DNA of 64,000 nucleotides from Nitrospinales bacterium (GTDB lineage: Bacteria; Nitrospinota; Nitrospinia; Nitrospinales; VA-1). Both the position numbers and the translations under genes were made by a program. This document shows positions 41,427-51,751 of the stretch, piece after piece (the first letter of the stretch is position 1; each line of letters starts with the position of its first letter). The notes under the pieces are model-generated. The model made no database searches. It saw only the letters and a list, made by a program, of their open reading frames with translations, and was not told the DNA's origin. The DNA lies in NCBI GenBank assembly GCA_965223795.1, contig CBDCXL010000002.1, positions 672,001-736,000 of the forward strand, read 5' to 3'.

Positions 41427-42472
41427 GCGAACCATGGAAACGGAAACTGATCAATTTTACTCATTCCGGAATGGGTCAGCGGCTGCCGATCAAGACCCAG
41501 CTGGATTTACCGAAAACCGTCTTGGGACGCAAACTACGACAGAGCCAGACCATGAGCCAAACCCTCCCCTGGATTCACAAGATCAAAGGTGAAGTGCGAC
41601 GCGACGAGATGATGTCGGCGCACACGTCCATCCGCATCGGCGGGCCGGCGGACTATTTCGTCCTGCCCCGGGACCTCACGGACCTGCAGAGGATCTTCAG
41701 GCACCGAAGCGGCACGCCTCTGTTCATTTTGGGCGAAGGCACCAACCTGCTGGTGGGCGACAAGGGCATCCGCGGGGTGGTGATTTCTCTGAAGGACAGC
41801 TTCAAGAACATCCGCAAACCGGTCTTCTCGGATGCCGGGGACGCGGCGCGGGTGAAGGCGGGCGCCGGGGTGAAGCTTTCCTACCTTGCGAAATACGTGG
41901 GCAAGTACGGACTGACGGGAATCGAGCATCTGGTCGGCATCCCCGGATCGGTGGGCGGCGCGGTGATCATGAACGCCGGCGCCGAGGGCACCGAGATCGG
42001 GCCGTTCATCAAAAGCGTGACGGTGGTGACGCCCGAGGGCGCCCTGGAAACCCTGTCCGGCGAGGAAATCGTGTTCAAGTACCGGAAATCGGTGTTTCCC
42101 TCGGAGGTGGGGGTCATTATCGAGGCGGAACTGGAACTGAAAAAGGGAGACATGGCGGCCATTCACAAAAAGATGGAAAGCCACCTGAGCAACCGCAGCG
42201 CCAAGCAGCCGCTGACCATCCCCAATTCCGGCTCCATTTTCAAAAATCCACCCGGCGACACGGCGGGACGGCTGATCGAGGCGGCGGGGCTCAAGGGACA
42301 CACGATCGGCGAGGCGGGCATTTCGCTCAAGCACGCGAACTTCATCGTCAACAAGGGCGAGGCCTCGGCGGGCGATGTGCTGCAGCTGATCACGCATGTC
42401 AAAGAGGTGGTGGAGGAAAAATCGGGCGTGCGTCTGGAAGCGGAGATCGTCATCATCGGCGACCAGGCATGA
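41420..42472 (+). CDS. murB: UDP-GlcNAc-enolpyruvate reductase (start 41420 or 41552)
   Basis: HTSIRIGGPA; GEGTNLL; GIPGSVGG..MNAGA; GSIFKNP; KHANFIVN. Confidence 0.93.
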   Translation: MLSEPWKRKLINFTHSGMGQRLPIKTQLDLPKTVLGRKLRQSQTMSQTLPWIHKIKGEVRRDEMMSAHTSIRIGGPADYFVLPRDLTDLQRIFRHRSGTPLFILGEGTNLLVGDKGIRGVVISLKDSFKNIRKPVFSDAGDAARVKAGAGVKLSYLAKYVGKYGLTGIEHLVGIPGSVGGAVIMNAGAEGTEIGPFIKSVTVVTPEGALETLSGEEIVFKYRKSVFPSEVGVIIEAELELKKGDMAAIHKKMESHLSNRSAKQPLTIPNSGSIFKNPPGDTAGRLIEAAGLKGHTIGEAGISLKHANFIVNKGEASAGDVLQLITHVKEVVEEKSGVRLEAEIVIIGDQA

Positions 42473-42496
42473 AGACGCGTTTTTCTCAATGAATGT

Positions 42497-42580
42497 GAAG
42501 GGAGTGGTTCAGGTCCGCCACAAAGGCACCCCTCCTTCCTTTGTCTCCGGCCTTTCGCCCGAAGGCCGGAGAGCGGACCT
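42497..42580. ncRNA. Candidate structured RNA (three-way junction) between murB and ddl
   Basis: Three perfect helices: 42511-18/42573-80, 42520-26/42538-44 and 42545-54/42562-71. Loop is CACCCCTCCTT. Confidence 0.45.
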
Positions 42581-42646
42581 TAAGGTTTTACTTTAAGCAT
42601 TGGGCCGCCGGTTGATCCGGCCCGTTTCGATGAAAGGCTAAGTGCG

Positions 42647-43564
42647 TTGCAGGAGCTTAAGGGAAAAAAGATCGCGGTTCTCATGGGTGGCCTTTCCCCG
42701 GAGCGGGAAGTTTCGCTGGTCACCGGCCGCTCGGTTCTGGACGCGGCGAAAAAGAAAGGGCTGAACGCGGTGGGCGTCGACGTGGACCGGGACATCGCCG
42801 TCCGCCTTAAGCAGGAGAAATTCGACCTCGCGTTCATCGCCCTGCACGGCAATTTCGGCGAGGACGGCACCGTTCAGGGCCTGCTGGAATACGCGGGCAT
42901 CCCCTACACCGGCGCGGGCGTTCTGGGTTCGGCGCTGGCGTACGACAAGGTGAAATCGAAGGAGGTGTTCGCGATGCACGGCATCCCCTCGGCGGAGTAC
43001 CAGGTGCTGCATAGCAACGGCGGGCCCGCAAGGAGGATCCTGGACCTTCCCGTGGTCGTCAAGCCCTCCAACCAGGGCTCGAGCCTGGGGATCAGCGTGG
43101 TGAAAGAGGAAAGCCAGTGGCAGTCCGCTCTCGACGACGCCTTCAAGTATGGCGACGAGGTGGTGGCGGAGCGGTTCATCGAAGGAAAGCTGCTGGCCAT
43201 CGGCATGAACGGGACTTCGCCCCTGCCGGTGGTGCACATCGAGCCCAAGTCCGGTTTTTACGATTATGAGGCCAAATACACGAAGGGAAAAACCCTCTAC
43301 CACTGCCCGGCGGCGTTGACGCAGGAGGAAACGCGCACCTGCCAGGACACGGCGTTGCGGGTGTATCACGCGCTCAAGGGACGCGGCCTGCCGCGGGTGG
43401 ACGTGATCCTCGATCCGGCGGGCGTGCCCTACGTTCTGGAGATGAACACGATCCCCGGATTGACTCCGACCAGCCTGCTGCCGATGGCGGCGCGCGAAGC
43501 GGGCATTGAATTTGAGGACCTGGTGGTGACGATTTTGAACACGGCGCAGCTCGACAATCCGTGA
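42647..43564 (+). CDS. ddl: D-alanine--D-alanine ligase
   Basis: GGLSPEREVSL; LHGNFGEDG; QGSSLG; FYDYEAKY; EMNTIPG. Confidence 0.97.
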   Translation: MQELKGKKIAVLMGGLSPEREVSLVTGRSVLDAAKKKGLNAVGVDVDRDIAVRLKQEKFDLAFIALHGNFGEDGTVQGLLEYAGIPYTGAGVLGSALAYDKVKSKEVFAMHGIPSAEYQVLHSNGGPARRILDLPVVVKPSNQGSSLGISVVKEESQWQSALDDAFKYGDEVVAERFIEGKLLAIGMNGTSPLPVVHIEPKSGFYDYEAKYTKGKTLYHCPAALTQEETRTCQDTALRVYHALKGRGLPRVDVILDPAGVPYVLEMNTIPGLTPTSLLPMAAREAGIEFEDLVVTILNTAQLDNP

Positions 43565-43708
43565 ACAAGCCACCTCAAAGTGAAACTTCGTGCAGGTGTT
43601 CAAGCGATGAAAATTATCTTGTTAAAAAATTTTTCAGCAAATGCTCTTTAAATGTCCATCGTGCAATGAAAATATTTTCAATGCGTAACGCAAGGGAATG
43701 AGCACACC

Positions 43709-44632
43709 ATGAACTACGTTCTCACAGGACATAAAAATCCGGTTCAGGCCTGGCAGGAATTCCGTTCGCCAAAAAAGCGTAAGTCCAATAAAGGAAGCGG
43801 CTCCAGAAAAAGCGGCGCGGCGTTCAACGGAATCTCCCGGCTCAACACGGCAATTAGATCGTTGATAAATTTACTAACTAAATTTATTATAGTTACAGCA
43901 TTTTTTTACGGAATTTATGCCGGATACCAATTTCTCACCACGTCTTCTCGCTTCGCCGTTTCCACAATTTCTTTCACGGGCAATGCCAAACTCAAGAACG
44001 AGGAATTGCTCAAATGGACAGGGACCGTCACCGGTGAAAATATTTTCCTGCTCGATCTCTCGCACGTTTCCGAACGCCTGGCCCAGCACCCCTGGATCCA
44101 AAGCGCGTCGGTGCGCAAATCGTTTCCGCAGACCCTCAGGATCGAACTGGTGGAGCGCACGCCGTACGCGCGCGTCGAGCTGGACCGCATGTACGTGATG
44201 GACAACTTCGGGGTTCTTCTCGCCGAAGCGGGCGATACGGACGGCGATCTGCCGTTGATCTCGCTGCCGGGCGCCGGTTCCGGCAGACCGGGGAAAACGG
44301 TGGACGATGCCGAGGCGGAAGTGATCCAGAGTCTCAAGACGATGCACTATTTCAACCGTCTGCCCTTTTTTGCGGACAACGCCATCCATTCGGTGGAGAT
44401 CGAGAAAAATGCCCGCATCACGCTGTTCGACAAGGACCGCGACATGCGGATCTACCTGACCGGAGACACGCTGAAAGAAAGCTTCGAGAATTTCAGCGTG
44501 GTGCTGGATCTGATCGAAGGCACGGTGGCGGACATCGAGTACATCGACATGACCAGCCGCAACCGGGTCGCCGTCAAACACAAGGAAAACATCGCTTCCG
44601 CCAAAGCGCAGCGCAATGCCTCGAAAACCTGA
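43709..44632 (+). CDS. ftsQ: Cell division protein FtsQ/DivIB
   Basis: Basic N-tail, TM, POTRA (HPWIQSASVRKSFPQTL..ERTP), YIDM; lies between ddl and ftsA. Confidence 0.9.
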   Translation: MNYVLTGHKNPVQAWQEFRSPKKRKSNKGSGSRKSGAAFNGISRLNTAIRSLINLLTKFIIVTAFFYGIYAGYQFLTTSSRFAVSTISFTGNAKLKNEELLKWTGTVTGENIFLLDLSHVSERLAQHPWIQSASVRKSFPQTLRIELVERTPYARVELDRMYVMDNFGVLLAEAGDTDGDLPLISLPGAGSGRPGKTVDDAEAEVIQSLKTMHYFNRLPFFADNAIHSVEIEKNARITLFDKDRDMRIYLTGDTLKESFENFSVVLDLIEGTVADIEYIDMTSRNRVAVKHKENIASAKAQRNASKT

Positions 44633-44649
44633 TCTGAAGAAAGGAGTGC

Positions 44650-45882
44650 ATGTCCAAGAAGAATAACTACGTTGTCGGCCTCGACATCGGCACCACCAAG
44701 ATCTGCTGCATCATCGGGGAAGTCACCCCCGAAGGCGGAATCGATGTCATCGGGCTCGGCCAGTACCCGTCGCGCGGGCTGCGCAAGGGCGTGGTCGTCA
44801 ACATCGACAGCACCGTCGAATCGATCAAAAGCGCGGTCGAGGAAGCGGAACTGATGGCGGGCTGCGAAATCGACTCGGTGTTCGTGGGCATCGCGGGAGG
44901 CCACATCAACAGCCTCAACAGTCATGGAATCATTGCCGTAAAGGGAAAGGAGATCGTCCAGAAGGACGTCGACCGGGTGATCGAAGCGGCCAAGGCCATC
45001 GCCATTCCCCTGGACCGGGAAGTCATCCATGTGCTGCCGCAGGAATACGTGGTGGACAACCAGGAGGGTATCAAGGACCCGCTGGGGATGGCGGGCGTGC
45101 GTCTGGAAGCGAAGGTGCACATCGTGACGGCGGCGGTCACCTCCGCCCAGAACATCGTCAAGTGCGTCAACAAGGCCGGGCTCGGCGTGCAGGACATCGT
45201 GCTCGAACAGCTCGCCTCCAGCGAGGCGGTGCTCTCGACCGACGAGAAGGAACTGGGCGCGGCCATGATCGACATCGGCGGCGGCACTTCGGACATGGCG
45301 ATCTTCTACCAGGGCGCCATCAAGCACACGTCGGTGCTGACCATCGCCGGATCGCAGATGACCAACGACATCGCGATCGGCCTTCGCACGCCCAACAACG
45401 AAGCGGAGAAAATCAAGCATGCGTACGGCTGCGCCTATTCGGCGCTGGTCAAGGAGAGCGAGACGATCGAGGTGCCCTGTGTGGGCGGCCGCGAACCGCG
45501 CACGGTTTCACGGCAGATCCTGAGCGAGATCATCGAAGCGCGGTCGCGCGAGATGTTCGAGATGCTCAACCATGAGCTGGAAAGCTCCGGTTTCGCCGAG
45601 ATCATCTCCTCGGGAGTGGTGCTCACCGGCGGCTGCGCCTGCATGGAAGGCATGGCGGAACTGGCGGAGAGCGTGTTTCAGGGGCCCGTGCGGGTGGGTG
45701 CGCCCAACGGGCTGGGCGGTCTGATCGATGTGGTGAACAACCCCATGTATTCGACCAGCACGGGGCTGATTCAATACGGAATCCGGAAATTCAGAGCGGG
45801 TGCCACACGCGAACTCCAGGGACGCAACCTGTTTGAGAAAATATTCAGCCGCATGAAGGACTGGGCTGAAGAGTTCTTTTAA
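44650..45882 (+). CDS. ftsA: Cell division protein FtsA
   Basis: [20 protein letters not shown]-terminal amphipathic helix. Confidence 0.97.
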   Translation: MSKKNNYVVGLDIGTTKICCIIGEVTPEGGIDVIGLGQYPSRGLRKGVVVNIDSTVESIKSAVEEAELMAGCEIDSVFVGIAGGHINSLNSHGIIAVKGKEIVQKDVDRVIEAAKAIAIPLDREVIHVLPQEYVVDNQEGIKDPLGMAGVRLEAKVHIVTAAVTSAQNIVKCVNKAGLGVQDIVLEQLASSEAVLSTDEKELGAAMIDIGGGTSDMAIFYQGAIKHTSVLTIAGSQMTNDIAIGLRTPNNEAEKIKHAYGCAYSALVKESETIEVPCVGGREPRTVSRQILSEIIEARSREMFEMLNHELESSGFAEIISSGVVLTGGCACMEGMAELAESVFQGPVRVGAPNGLGGLIDVVNNPMYSTSTGLIQYGIRKFRAGATRELQGRNLFEKIFSRMKDWAEEFF

Positions 45883-45896
45883 TCCAGGAGGACAAC

Positions 45897-47060
45897 ATGG
45901 GCTTGATCGAGTTTGAAAACAACAACGAGTATTCCGCGTGCATCAAAGTGATCGGCGTCGGCGGCGGCGGGACCAATGCGGTGAACTCCATGGTCAGGGA
46001 CAACCTGCGCGGAGTCGAGTTCATCGTCGCCAACACCGACATCCAGTCGCTCGATGCCTCCGGCTGCCCGGAGAAGATCCAGATCGGCACGGAGTTGACG
46101 CGCGGGCTCGGCGCCGGCTCCAACCCCGATATCGGCAAGCGGGCCGCGGAGGAGACCGAAGATCAAATTCGTGAGACGCTGCAGGGAGCGGACATGGTGT
46201 TCATCACCGCCGGCATGGGCGGCGGCACGGGGACCGGAGCCGCGCCCATCATCTCCCGGCTGGCGCGCGAGGTCGGGGCGCTGACGGTGGGTGTCGTCAC
46301 CAAGCCGTTCGCCTTCGAGGGCCGCAAGCGCACCAACCAGGCGGAGGAAGGGATTCAGGAACTCAAGCATTCGGTGGACACGCTGATCGTGATCCCCAAT
46401 CAGAAACTGCTGGGGTTCGTGGGCAAGCAGACTTCGTTCACCGGCGCGTTCGGCCTGGTGGACGACGTGCTCAAGCAGGCGGTGTGCAGCATCTCCGATC
46501 TCATCGTGGTGCCGGGTCTCATCAACCTGGACTTCGCCGACGTGAAAGCCATCATGGGCAATATGGGCAAGGCGCTCATGGGCTCGGGCGTGGCGACCGG
46601 CGACGCGCGCGCGGTGGAGGCGGCGCAGAAGGCCATCTCCAGCCCGCTTTTGGATGAAGCGACGGTGGACGGCGCGCACGGCATCCTGATCAACATCACC
46701 GGCGGCGAGGACCTGACGCTGCTCGAGGTCAACGAGGCGTCGATGCTGATCCAGAAAAACGCGCACGAAAACGCGCACATCATTTTCGGCGCGGTGATCG
46801 ACGCGCAGATGGAAGGCCAGATGCGGGTCACGGTGATCGCCACGGGTTTTGAGGATCACGTCGACGTGCCGGTCTCCAAACCGCCGGTTTTGAAGGCCAT
46901 CAAACCCGAGGAGGAACCCAAGGTGATGGAAGAGCCCAAGGACCCGTCGTACAGCAACCTCAAGAAACTGGCGTCGGCGATCAAGGATGAAAATCCGGAG
47001 TTCACGCAGATGCCGGTCAACTTCGACATCCCCACGTTCCTGAGAAAGCACGCGGACTGA
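45897..47060 (+). CDS. ftsZ: Cell division protein FtsZ
   Basis: [25 protein letters not shown]-terminal DIPTFLRK. Confidence 0.98.
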   Translation: MGLIEFENNNEYSACIKVIGVGGGGTNAVNSMVRDNLRGVEFIVANTDIQSLDASGCPEKIQIGTELTRGLGAGSNPDIGKRAAEETEDQIRETLQGADMVFITAGMGGGTGTGAAPIISRLAREVGALTVGVVTKPFAFEGRKRTNQAEEGIQELKHSVDTLIVIPNQKLLGFVGKQTSFTGAFGLVDDVLKQAVCSISDLIVVPGLINLDFADVKAIMGNMGKALMGSGVATGDARAVEAAQKAISSPLLDEATVDGAHGILINITGGEDLTLLEVNEASMLIQKNAHENAHIIFGAVIDAQMEGQMRVTVIATGFEDHVDVPVSKPPVLKAIKPEEEPKVMEEPKDPSYSNLKKLASAIKDENPEFTQMPVNFDIPTFLRKHAD

Positions 47061-47127
47061 ACCGGGCCCGGCCCGGTTCGGGAATGACGCCCCGAAATCC
47101 CGCCCTGCCCCATCCGGCGCACGATAC

Positions 47128-47160
47128 AAAAAAGGCCCTCCTTACGGGAGGGCCTTTTTT
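47128..47160. terminator. Bidirectional intrinsic terminator
   Basis: A6-GGCCCTCC...GGAGGGCC-T6 between convergent ftsZ and the desaturase gene. Confidence 0.9.
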
Positions 47161-47188
47161 ATTGTCTGCGGTGCAACCGGAAGTCTAG

Positions 47189-47971
47189 TCACGCTCCGGC
47201 GTTTTTAGCCTCGGGGGTCTGCGCCGCGGGCATGCGCGGTTCTTTCTTTTTCATGTCGGACATGCTGGCGACCCAGGGATAGCGTTCGATTTCCTCGCCG
47301 GTGTAGCCCAGGTTGAATACGGTGGGGCTTCGCGGCATTTCATGGGTCTCGCCGTAGAAGGTTGAGAACAGGTGGTCGCACACGAAATTGGTGATGCCGA
47401 AATTGCCCTGCTCGTTGTGGAAGTGATGCGCCAGGTGGTATTTTTTCATGCGCTTTAAAAATTCCCATTTGGGCGCATAGGCGAGATGCTGGATGCAGTG
47501 GCAGAATTCGTAAAAGCAGGTGATGATGCAGCCGGTTGCGAACGCCATGAGACTGCCGGGAAGGCCGCCGATCAGCCAGCCGATGGGCGCGGTGATCCAC
47601 AGGATGGTGGGCAGCGTGGTGGGCAGCGCACCGAACAGCACCCGGAGGTTGTTGGGGTCCTGGTGGTGGTCGAAATGAATGCGCTTCCACAGCGCCGCGG
47701 TGCGCGGGGATTTATAAAGAAACCGGCCGTGCAGAACGTAGCGGTGCAGAACGTACCAGACCGCGGGATAGATGACGATCGCGGCGATCACCGCCCCCGC
47801 CAGCGAGGCGGCGTCCTGCGCCAGGTAAAGGGACAGGGAGCACGACACCACCGCGAGGATCAGGTACGCCTGGATCGCCGGGTAGCTGAAATAGGCCCGC
47901 ACCAGTTCCGCGAGCGTCATCTTGTTGAGGTAGTGTTCCCGGTCCTTCCAGAGACTGGAGCCTATCAGCAA
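47189..47971 (-). CDS. Fatty acid hydroxylase/sterol desaturase family protein
   Basis: His boxes HRYVLH, HFDHH, HCIQH and HLAHH; NFGIT. Confidence 0.9.
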   Translation of the reverse strand: MLIGSSLWKDREHYLNKMTLAELVRAYFSYPAIQAYLILAVVSCSLSLYLAQDAASLAGAVIAAIVIYPAVWYVLHRYVLHGRFLYKSPRTAALWKRIHFDHHQDPNNLRVLFGALPTTLPTILWITAPIGWLIGGLPGSLMAFATGCIITCFYEFCHCIQHLAYAPKWEFLKRMKKYHLAHHFHNEQGNFGITNFVCDHLFSTFYGETHEMPRSPTVFNLGYTGEEIERYPWVASMSDMKKKEPRMPAAQTPEAKNAGA

Positions 47972-47996
47972 ATGCGGCCTCCGTGGGTGCTGGTTT

Positions 47997-48794
47997 TCAC
48001 GATCCTTTGTTCAGGTCCCAGTTGTAATCCAGGTAGGCGACATCGATGCCGCCGCCGTTTAAGATTTTCTGATCGGCGGGCGACGCATACCGGGCCACGA
48101 ACGGAACCACGCCTCCTTTGGGTTCAAAGTCTTCCTTGAACCACTTGAAGATAGAGGAAAGATATACTTTTCCTTTCTTCGCGTCAATCTTCATTCCCTT
48201 GCCGGCGTTGTCGAGAAATTTCCGGGTCTGCTCTTCGAGCTGTGCGTCGAGCTTCTCCGCCGTGAAGGCTTCCTTGCGCAGGTCGGGACAGCTGACCGAA
48301 GCGCAGACGATGGCCATGTGGATGCGCGGCTCGTCCATCTTGCGCAGGATCTCGTGCTCGACCTCGTTGAGCGTGCGGATCTCCCCGGCGGCTTTGCCCG
48401 CGTCCCGGTTCCACACCGATTTGAACAGGCTGCCGACATCCTTGATGCTTTCGACGGGATAGTTGTCGGCGACCACTTTGACCGCGAGGAGGTTGTAGGC
48501 GTTGATCCAGAATGCCAGCTTCTCCTCACGGGTTTTCAGGCCGGACAAAGAAGCGCTGGCGAGCGCGTCCAGCGCCTTCTGATAATCCGGGTCCTGTTTG
48601 AGTTTTTCATACTGGACACCGCTGAGCTCAACCCCATCGATCGTCACCGGCTGAACGTATTTTTTCAGCAGTGCATCCCAGTGGGAAAAATCGGCGGCCA
48701 GCGCGGGCGCGGTGAAACAGGCAAAGAATGCCGCGATCGCTACAAAATGCATGCAAATACGGCGTTTACTCCTGCTGTTCTTGATCGGTTTCAT
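47997..48794 (-). CDS. DUF547 domain exported protein
   Basis: Signal peptide; LAFWINAYN; LNEVEH; EPRIHMAIVCASVSCP; IFKWF; YNWDLN. Confidence 0.9.
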   Translation of the reverse strand: MKPIKNSRSKRRICMHFVAIAAFFACFTAPALAADFSHWDALLKKYVQPVTIDGVELSGVQYEKLKQDPDYQKALDALASASLSGLKTREEKLAFWINAYNLLAVKVVADNYPVESIKDVGSLFKSVWNRDAGKAAGEIRTLNEVEHEILRKMDEPRIHMAIVCASVSCPDLRKEAFTAEKLDAQLEEQTRKFLDNAGKGMKIDAKKGKVYLSSIFKWFKEDFEPKGGVVPFVARYASPADQKILNGGGIDVAYLDYNWDLNKGS

Positions 48795-49059
48795 GGGTCT
48801 CTTCCTTAAACAATTCATTTATCAGGTTCTATTGCGTATTTCACAGCCACTCCAGGCTTGACTTTCCTGTTTCGATCGTTAGTATATTTTATTAATAATT
48901 CCTTACAGAGTGTCGGCTTTCCAGCCATTCCGCATCCCCTTTTTACCTGGACTGAGGCCGATGGAATTTTAACGAGCCAAATCGATTTTTGCTTCTTTCG
49001 ATGCAATCCGGCACTCCATCGCCGATCTTGCAACGTGAACAGAGAGGCGATGCATTCGC

Positions 49060-49998
49060 ATGCTGAATATCTTCCGCAATATTTTCACCGTGAACGGTTC
49101 GTCGGAACCTCTGGTTCTGCGCCGCACCAAGGCCGATCCGAAAGACCTGCTTTTCATATCGGACCTCGACGGCACGCTGCTCGACAATTACGGTGAGATT
49201 TCGCAGAACTCGATCGACAGGCTGAACCGCCTGATCGACAACGGCATGCAATTCACCATCGCCACCGCCCGCAATTACGAATCGGTGTACCCGATCCTGC
49301 AGGGGCTGAAACTGGAAATCCCCATGATCCTGTTCAACGGCGTCTACCTCACCGAATTCCAAACCGGCCGCAATGTCTTTCTCACGGAATTCATCACGCG
49401 CGAAGTGGTTTCGCAGATGATGAAAATGGCCGCGCCCCTGGGCATCGACCCGTTCATCTACACGTATAACGGAGAGAACTCGCAGAACAACCACCGGGTG
49501 TATTACCGCAAAACCGCCAACGACGGCGCCAAGGCCTACGTCGAGAGCATGAAGGGCGAACGCAGGCTGACGAAAACCGACGACTTTCTGTTCAGCAAAG
49601 AGGAAAAGGTGTCCGGATTTCTGCTGATCGAAAAGAAAAAGGCCCTCAAACCCATCTATCAGGAACTCAAACGGCGGTTTTCCGACTGCATCAATCTGTA
49701 TTTCGCCCAGGACGTTTCGGTCAAGGGCTATTACTGGCTGCAGGCGTTTCACCAGCAGGCGACCAAGGGAAAAATGGTGAAGATCCTGTCCCAGTACCTC
49801 AAGCACCCGCTCAAGGACGTGGTGGTGTTCGGCGATTACATGAACGACATGACCATGTTCAAGATCGCGGGCCATTCGGTGGCGATGTCCAACGCGGTTC
49901 CGGAGATCAAGGAGATCGCGCACGAAGTCATCGGCAGCAACGAGAGCGGCGCGGTGATCGATTATCTTGAATCTTTGGGATTCGACCACAAACCGTAG
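49060..49998 (+). CDS. Cof-type HAD-IIB hydrolase
   Basis: DLDGTLL; ATAR; TKG; FGDYMND; AMSNA. Confidence 0.92.
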   Translation: MLNIFRNIFTVNGSSEPLVLRRTKADPKDLLFISDLDGTLLDNYGEISQNSIDRLNRLIDNGMQFTIATARNYESVYPILQGLKLEIPMILFNGVYLTEFQTGRNVFLTEFITREVVSQMMKMAAPLGIDPFIYTYNGENSQNNHRVYYRKTANDGAKAYVESMKGERRLTKTDDFLFSKEEKVSGFLLIEKKKALKPIYQELKRRFSDCINLYFAQDVSVKGYYWLQAFHQQATKGKMVKILSQYLKHPLKDVVVFGDYMNDMTMFKIAGHSVAMSNAVPEIKEIAHEVIGSNESGAVIDYLESLGFDHKP

Positions 49999-50056
49999 TA
50001 TACTTTTCCCGACAATACCCCGTTGCATGACTTTCAATTGAGGCAAAAAAGGCATC

Positions 50057-50662
50057 ATGTCCGATCAGGAATTCCCCGAGGAAGCGAAAAAAACCGTCTA
50101 TCAGCGTGACAAGACGGCGAAGGAACCGGTCAAGCCGGAGGCGGCAGCGAAAAAACCTCCCGTCAAACCGAAGTTCAAGCCGAAAAAGGTGTTCGTCCCG
50201 AAAAAGGCGGTGCTGAAAACCGACAAGCCGCAGGAATACCGGGTGCGTCACCTGCGCATGTCGTCCGTGGAAGCGGCGGAGATGATCCGCCAGACGCTGC
50301 TCGAATTTCAGAAAGAGCTTGAAGAAAAACCGGCGGACGACCCGGACAAGGAATTCCACGATCGGGAAAAGGTGGAGAAATTCTTCGCCAAGCTGGCGAA
50401 AAAATACAGCAATTGCGCCACGCGCGCGCTGGGCGGCGATCTTGGCTGGGTCTACAAAGGCATGAACATCCCCGAAGAGGTGCTGACCGCCGACCTGGTG
50501 GAGACCATCGTGAAGACCGAAAAGCACGCCATCGTGGAGCCGGTCCGATCCAAACTGGGCATCCACCTGCTGCTGGTGTGCGAGAGCCGCATCCGCGTGC
50601 CCAAAAATGAAGAAACGCCTTCGATGCCGAACCCCAAATCCATCCCCGGCGTCCCCAACTGA
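50057..50662 (+). CDS. Parvulin-type peptidyl-prolyl isomerase
   Basis: VRHL; FAKLAKKYSNC; GGDLGW; PVRSKLGIHL. Confidence 0.85.
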   Translation: MSDQEFPEEAKKTVYQRDKTAKEPVKPEAAAKKPPVKPKFKPKKVFVPKKAVLKTDKPQEYRVRHLRMSSVEAAEMIRQTLLEFQKELEEKPADDPDKEFHDREKVEKFFAKLAKKYSNCATRALGGDLGWVYKGMNIPEEVLTADLVETIVKTEKHAIVEPVRSKLGIHLLLVCESRIRVPKNEETPSMPNPKSIPGVPN

Positions 50663-50747
50663 TCCGCCCTGCCCCGCTCGCACCCCGCACTTACCCGAAA
50701 AGGCCAACAGGCGGAGTCGAACCGCATATTTTTAAAATGATTCTAGA

Positions 50748-51031
50748 TCAGAAGCGGATGTCTTTTCCCAGCTCGTCGCGCAGCACGATCTCGGCGGGGG
50801 TGTAGTATTTCTTGTTGTTGTTGCAGGATTTGCAGGAAACGACGAGGTTCCCCTTTGTGCTTTTGCCGCCCCGGGACAGGGGCACGATGTGGTCCATCGT
50901 CAGTTCGGCGGGATCGAATTGCCACCGCAGTAATGACAGACGCCTTCGTTGAGCTTGTTCTGCCACCACTGCGTTTTGCGCAGTTTGCGCGCTTTGGCTT
51001 TTTCCTGTCGGAAGCGGTCGTCCTCTTTCAT
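50748..51031 (-). pseudogene. Small HNH endonuclease interrupted by a 1-bp deletion (pseudogene or sequence error)
   Basis: One frame gives MKEDD...QWWQNKLNEGVCHYCGG; a second gives FDPAELTMDHIVPLSRGGKS..NLVVSCKSCN..K. Span is 284 nt, one short of 95 codons. Confidence 0.85.
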
Positions 51032-51086
51032 GCTGCTCGAATCAAATCGCGGCTTCGGCTGTCAGGCGGAAGCCGTTTTGGGTTCT

Positions 51087-51548
51087 TCATCCCACAAGTT
51101 CCAGCCAGGCGGGATCGATCATCACCTGGGGATTCAGGCTCAGCCGGGCGGCGCGAACGGAGCCGGAGATGCTGCCCTGAGGATACCAGTGCATGTCGCC
51201 GGTGTCGAATTCGAACCCGAGGGCGGCCGAAAGCCGGGTTTCGCAGGTCCAGAAGCAGCTGCCGTAGCTGAACTCGAACACCGGATCGATATGCAGGATG
51301 AAGGTTTTGCCGCGCGACTGAAACGGTTTGCCGATTTCGTACAGGCTCTGGATTTCCAGCCGGCTGGGGAGGCGCCAGTCGTCGTGCCCGCCCAGTTTCC
51401 GCTCGTTCAGCTTGCGAACGTAGCTGTTGGCGTCGTACCAGTTGATGTAATTGCCGGTTTCGACATAGGCGTAACTTTCCTGCCACATCAGGCCGGTGTG
51501 GGTGTCGCTGATGGTCCCATCGCTGTTGCTTTCGAAACGGCTCGTCAT
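51087..51548 (-). CDS. DUF1566 (Lcl C-terminal-like) domain protein
   Basis: DGTISDTHTGLMWQ; GGHDDWRLPS..E..SL; IDPVF; FWT; VRAAR. Confidence 0.88.
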   Translation of the reverse strand: MTSRFESNSDGTISDTHTGLMWQESYAYVETGNYINWYDANSYVRKLNERKLGGHDDWRLPSRLEIQSLYEIGKPFQSRGKTFILHIDPVFEFSYGSCFWTCETRLSAALGFEFDTGDMHWYPQGSISGSVRAARLSLNPQVMIDPAWLELVG

Positions 51549-51751
51549 CGCGGCTTGCAAATTATATAGAAATTTATATAAGTTTCACCAAATTACCTCA
51601 AGTGAAACTTAAAGGATTTTCCTCACATCGGAAAAAATTTTATCACAACTTTCATTCAGAAAAGCACTATTAAAAACGATTTCAGTTCGTTCTCGGCCAT
51701 TTTACGTCCAAAGGCATGCGCCTTTTTCTCCCCGTTCGGGCCAAGCCGCGC

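Noticed and set aside
50748..51548. HNH plus DUF1566 as a defence system or toxin-immunity pair
   Set aside because: Small stand-alone HNH with no methylase, helicase, RT, ncRNA or secretion signal nearby; nothing in the sequence supports it.
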